From contig NC_082709.1 of NCBI RefSeq assembly GCF_030144855.1, forward strand, positions 37,324,001 to 37,388,000: DNA of 64,000 nucleotides, given 5' to 3'. The stretch is from Hypanus sabinus (taxonomy: Eukaryota). The notes below the pieces were generated by a model. The model was not told where the DNA came from. It saw nothing but the letters and a program-made list of their open reading frames with translations, and did not search any database. Positions within the stretch are counted from its first letter, which is position 1. Every line of letters starts with the position of its first letter. This document shows positions 61,801 to 64,000 of the stretch, in pieces. The position numbers and the translations under genes were made by a program.

Positions 61801-64000
61801 TTGGTCAAAACATGTTCAACCAAAATACTCTTAACGACAGGACATACTGCTTCTGCAGAAAGCTGTTAAAATAAAATACGTCAGATCATAGCAGTAGAAA
61901 TCTTAACAAGGAAAATATTCTTCATATATAAACTGTAACGAATTATTTAAGCAACATAGATGCTTAATCAAACAATATATTTACAATGTTACTCAACTCC
62001 TATTGGAATATTAAATACACAGCACTCCTCTCTGTAAGCAATGAAGAGTAAGAATTCTTGTGGGATAACATTTCCCGATCAAGGGAGGTGAGACTTGTGG
62101 CTCTGAAGCAATTAAGGTTCTGGGTTGGCTCTGGGACTGCAGGAAGTGATTCTGACCGTGCTGAATACCTTTCTTCTGGGTTTGCTTCCTGAGCAGTGCA
62201 TAGCAAGCTGCTCGATCTGCTCATCTGTCCCATGCAACTGAGCAAAGATCTGAGCCAGTGCTTTCATTTTAACCACATTTAGATGACCTGCATGTAGCTC
62301 CTCCAACTCTTTAGCTCTCACCTTGGGTGATAAAACTCTCAATCATCACATAAGGCAACACCACTCAATGGCAGTTTCATCCTGACACTGGACAAAACAG
62401 GGGAACTGGAGTTTCTGCTGCACATTCCAGCCATTTTGAGTTGCCATGTTTACCTGAGCCTGTGGGTTTTTTTTTCTGGTTTCCCTTTGGATCAGCTCTG
62501 CCAGGATAGGGAGACTTTCAATTTACATCAGGGAGAGTACGTCAAGAGGAGTGTCCTCTGTTGTAAATGTTTGAAGTACTTCCTTTTCCAATGGCAAACG
62601 GGAGAATACATCGGCATTTTCATGATTAGTCGTCTACTTGAATTTAATCTTGTACTTGCGTAATCGAAGAAACAGAACCCATCTTTATATTCATGCTGCA
62701 GCTGTTAGTGGAACACCCTTCTATAGATAGAAAATGGACACAAGTGTAAGTAATGAGAGTAAATGCTTTCCCATACAAGTACTGGATGAAACTTCTCCCT
62801 CCCCAATTCAGACTCAAGGTCTCTCTGTCGATCTGTACGTAATTTTTCTCAGCAGCGGTAAGGGAATGTGATGCAAAGTCCATGGGGTGTTCACTACCAT
62901 CGCTTATAACATGGTCTGAGTACAACTATATCATAAGATGAGGCATCACAGGGAAGCTTCACTGGACAAAGTAGATCATAATGTGTCGGTACAGTGTCTG
63001 ATGTCACCGTTTCCTTTGTCTTCTGGAAAACCACCTCACACTGCTTTGTCCATTGCCATTTCTTCCCAAATTCTAGTAATGAGTTCCAAGGGTGAAGCAC
63101 AGTGGCCAAGTTTGTCAGGAATCTGTCATAGTAATTGACAAAGCCTAAAAAGAACCACAACTATTGGCCTTGGGACATCCACCACTGCTTTTTATCAGAA
63201 CACATATGTCTGGTTGTGTGTTGATGGTGTGACCACTGTAAGTGATGCTTGGTTTAACGAATTTACATGTTGCATCACGCCCTGAGCCCATAATCTTTAA
63301 CATTTTTAACACTGTCTTGAATTTTGGAGATGTTCTTGTTACCCTTACTGGGTAACACTGAGTGCCTGGGCAGTCTTTCTGCACCTGCTTGGTAGCTTTC
63401 TGCCAGAGTGTAGGTGCAGACACTTCTTCAGCACCAAGCCTATTATTGCAATAAAGCCCTTTGTCAATGTCTATGGTGTGAAACATTTTGGACTCTTTCT
63501 CCATCTCCATCTGTAGGTAGACCTCAGCAAGGTCCATCTTGTTGATGTGTTTTCCTCCAGAATGGTTTGTAAAATACTCTCTATTCTGGGCAGAGAGTAT
63601 TGATCTACTTTCAGTATTGGGTTGATGGTGACTTTAACATCTCCACAAATTGTAACAGACCCATTCTTCTTTGCTACTTGGACCACTGGGTTGCTCCACT
63701 TGCTCCACTCAACCTTGCAAATGATTCCTTCAGCCTCCATGCAATCTAGCTCACTGGTTGCTTTTTATGGATATTCTAAGCAACCGGACAGACCTTGCAA
63801 AACTTGGGCGTGGCATTTTCATTTAACACTATTTTACCCTTGATATGTTTGTGCTCTCCAATGTCATCCTTGAATACTGCTATGGCAGTGTCTACAAGTT
63901 TTGCCTTTAAACCTGCATTGACCCGATATATGTGAGCCCCTGTCACAATAGTAACATTATTTGTTCGACCAGGCCGGTTTCTGTTTAGATGTTGCAGCTT
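58856..64000 (-). mobile_element. Second Mag-like Gypsy element (pol remnant, 3' LTR interrupted), running off the window
   Basis: RT WSNPVVQVAKKNGSVTICGDVKVTIN and DLAEVYLQ; FLGFVNYY; RNase H CDASSY and EKNYVQIDRE; integrase zinc finger LHAGHL..KMKALA. LTR halves at about 58856-58987 and 61917-62025 resemble 55514-55727. Confidence 0.85.
58988..61916 (-). mobile_element. Gypsy element with PNMA-like gag and protease, pol deleted, inserted into the LTR of the previous element
   Basis: LTR at 58988-59618 (TGTAATGCCC...GTTGCA on the minus strand); its first 75 bp or so recur at about 61840-61912. Gag PPTPFIKLLIEFREEED; protease AILDTGSQVTLL. Confidence 0.75.

Noticed and set aside
1-64000. CRISPR array, operon or other prokaryotic system
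   Set aside because: The sequence is eukaryotic with spliceosomal introns. Its repeats are dispersed transposon copies, not regularly spaced repeat-spacer units.

Overview
This is vertebrate genomic DNA, AT-rich and dense in repeats. The repeat mix (several CR1 families, Rex1-like LINEs, a V-SINE, Penelope-like tails) points to a cartilaginous fish, probably a ray; this is an inference. The only host gene is GULP1 (CED-6 orthologue, PTB-domain engulfment adaptor) on the + strand. Five internal phase-0 coding exons are visible (17053-17124, 39612-39710, 47454-47591, 49853-49969, 52477-52569); the N- and C-terminal exons were not located. Everything else is intronic and filled with decayed, often nested transposable elements: CR1 LINEs, a pogo/Tigger-like element, a hAT (Charlie/Buster-type) element with a perfect 8-bp TSD, a near-complete CsRn1-type Gypsy element, Mag-like and PNMA-gag Gypsy remnants, solo LTRs and SINEs. 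Three observations stand out. (1) A Gypsy LTR element whose RT/RNaseH/integrase region is replaced by an intronless RBM25 mRNA fragment, with microhomology at one junction. (2) Several short Penelope-derived insertions with hammerhead-ribozyme cores, some arranged as palindromes and flanked by 13-14 bp TSDs. (3) A candidate 42-nt in-frame cassette exon inside the GULP1 PTB domain. All family assignments come from motif recognition, not database searches, and boundaries of decayed repeats are approximate.
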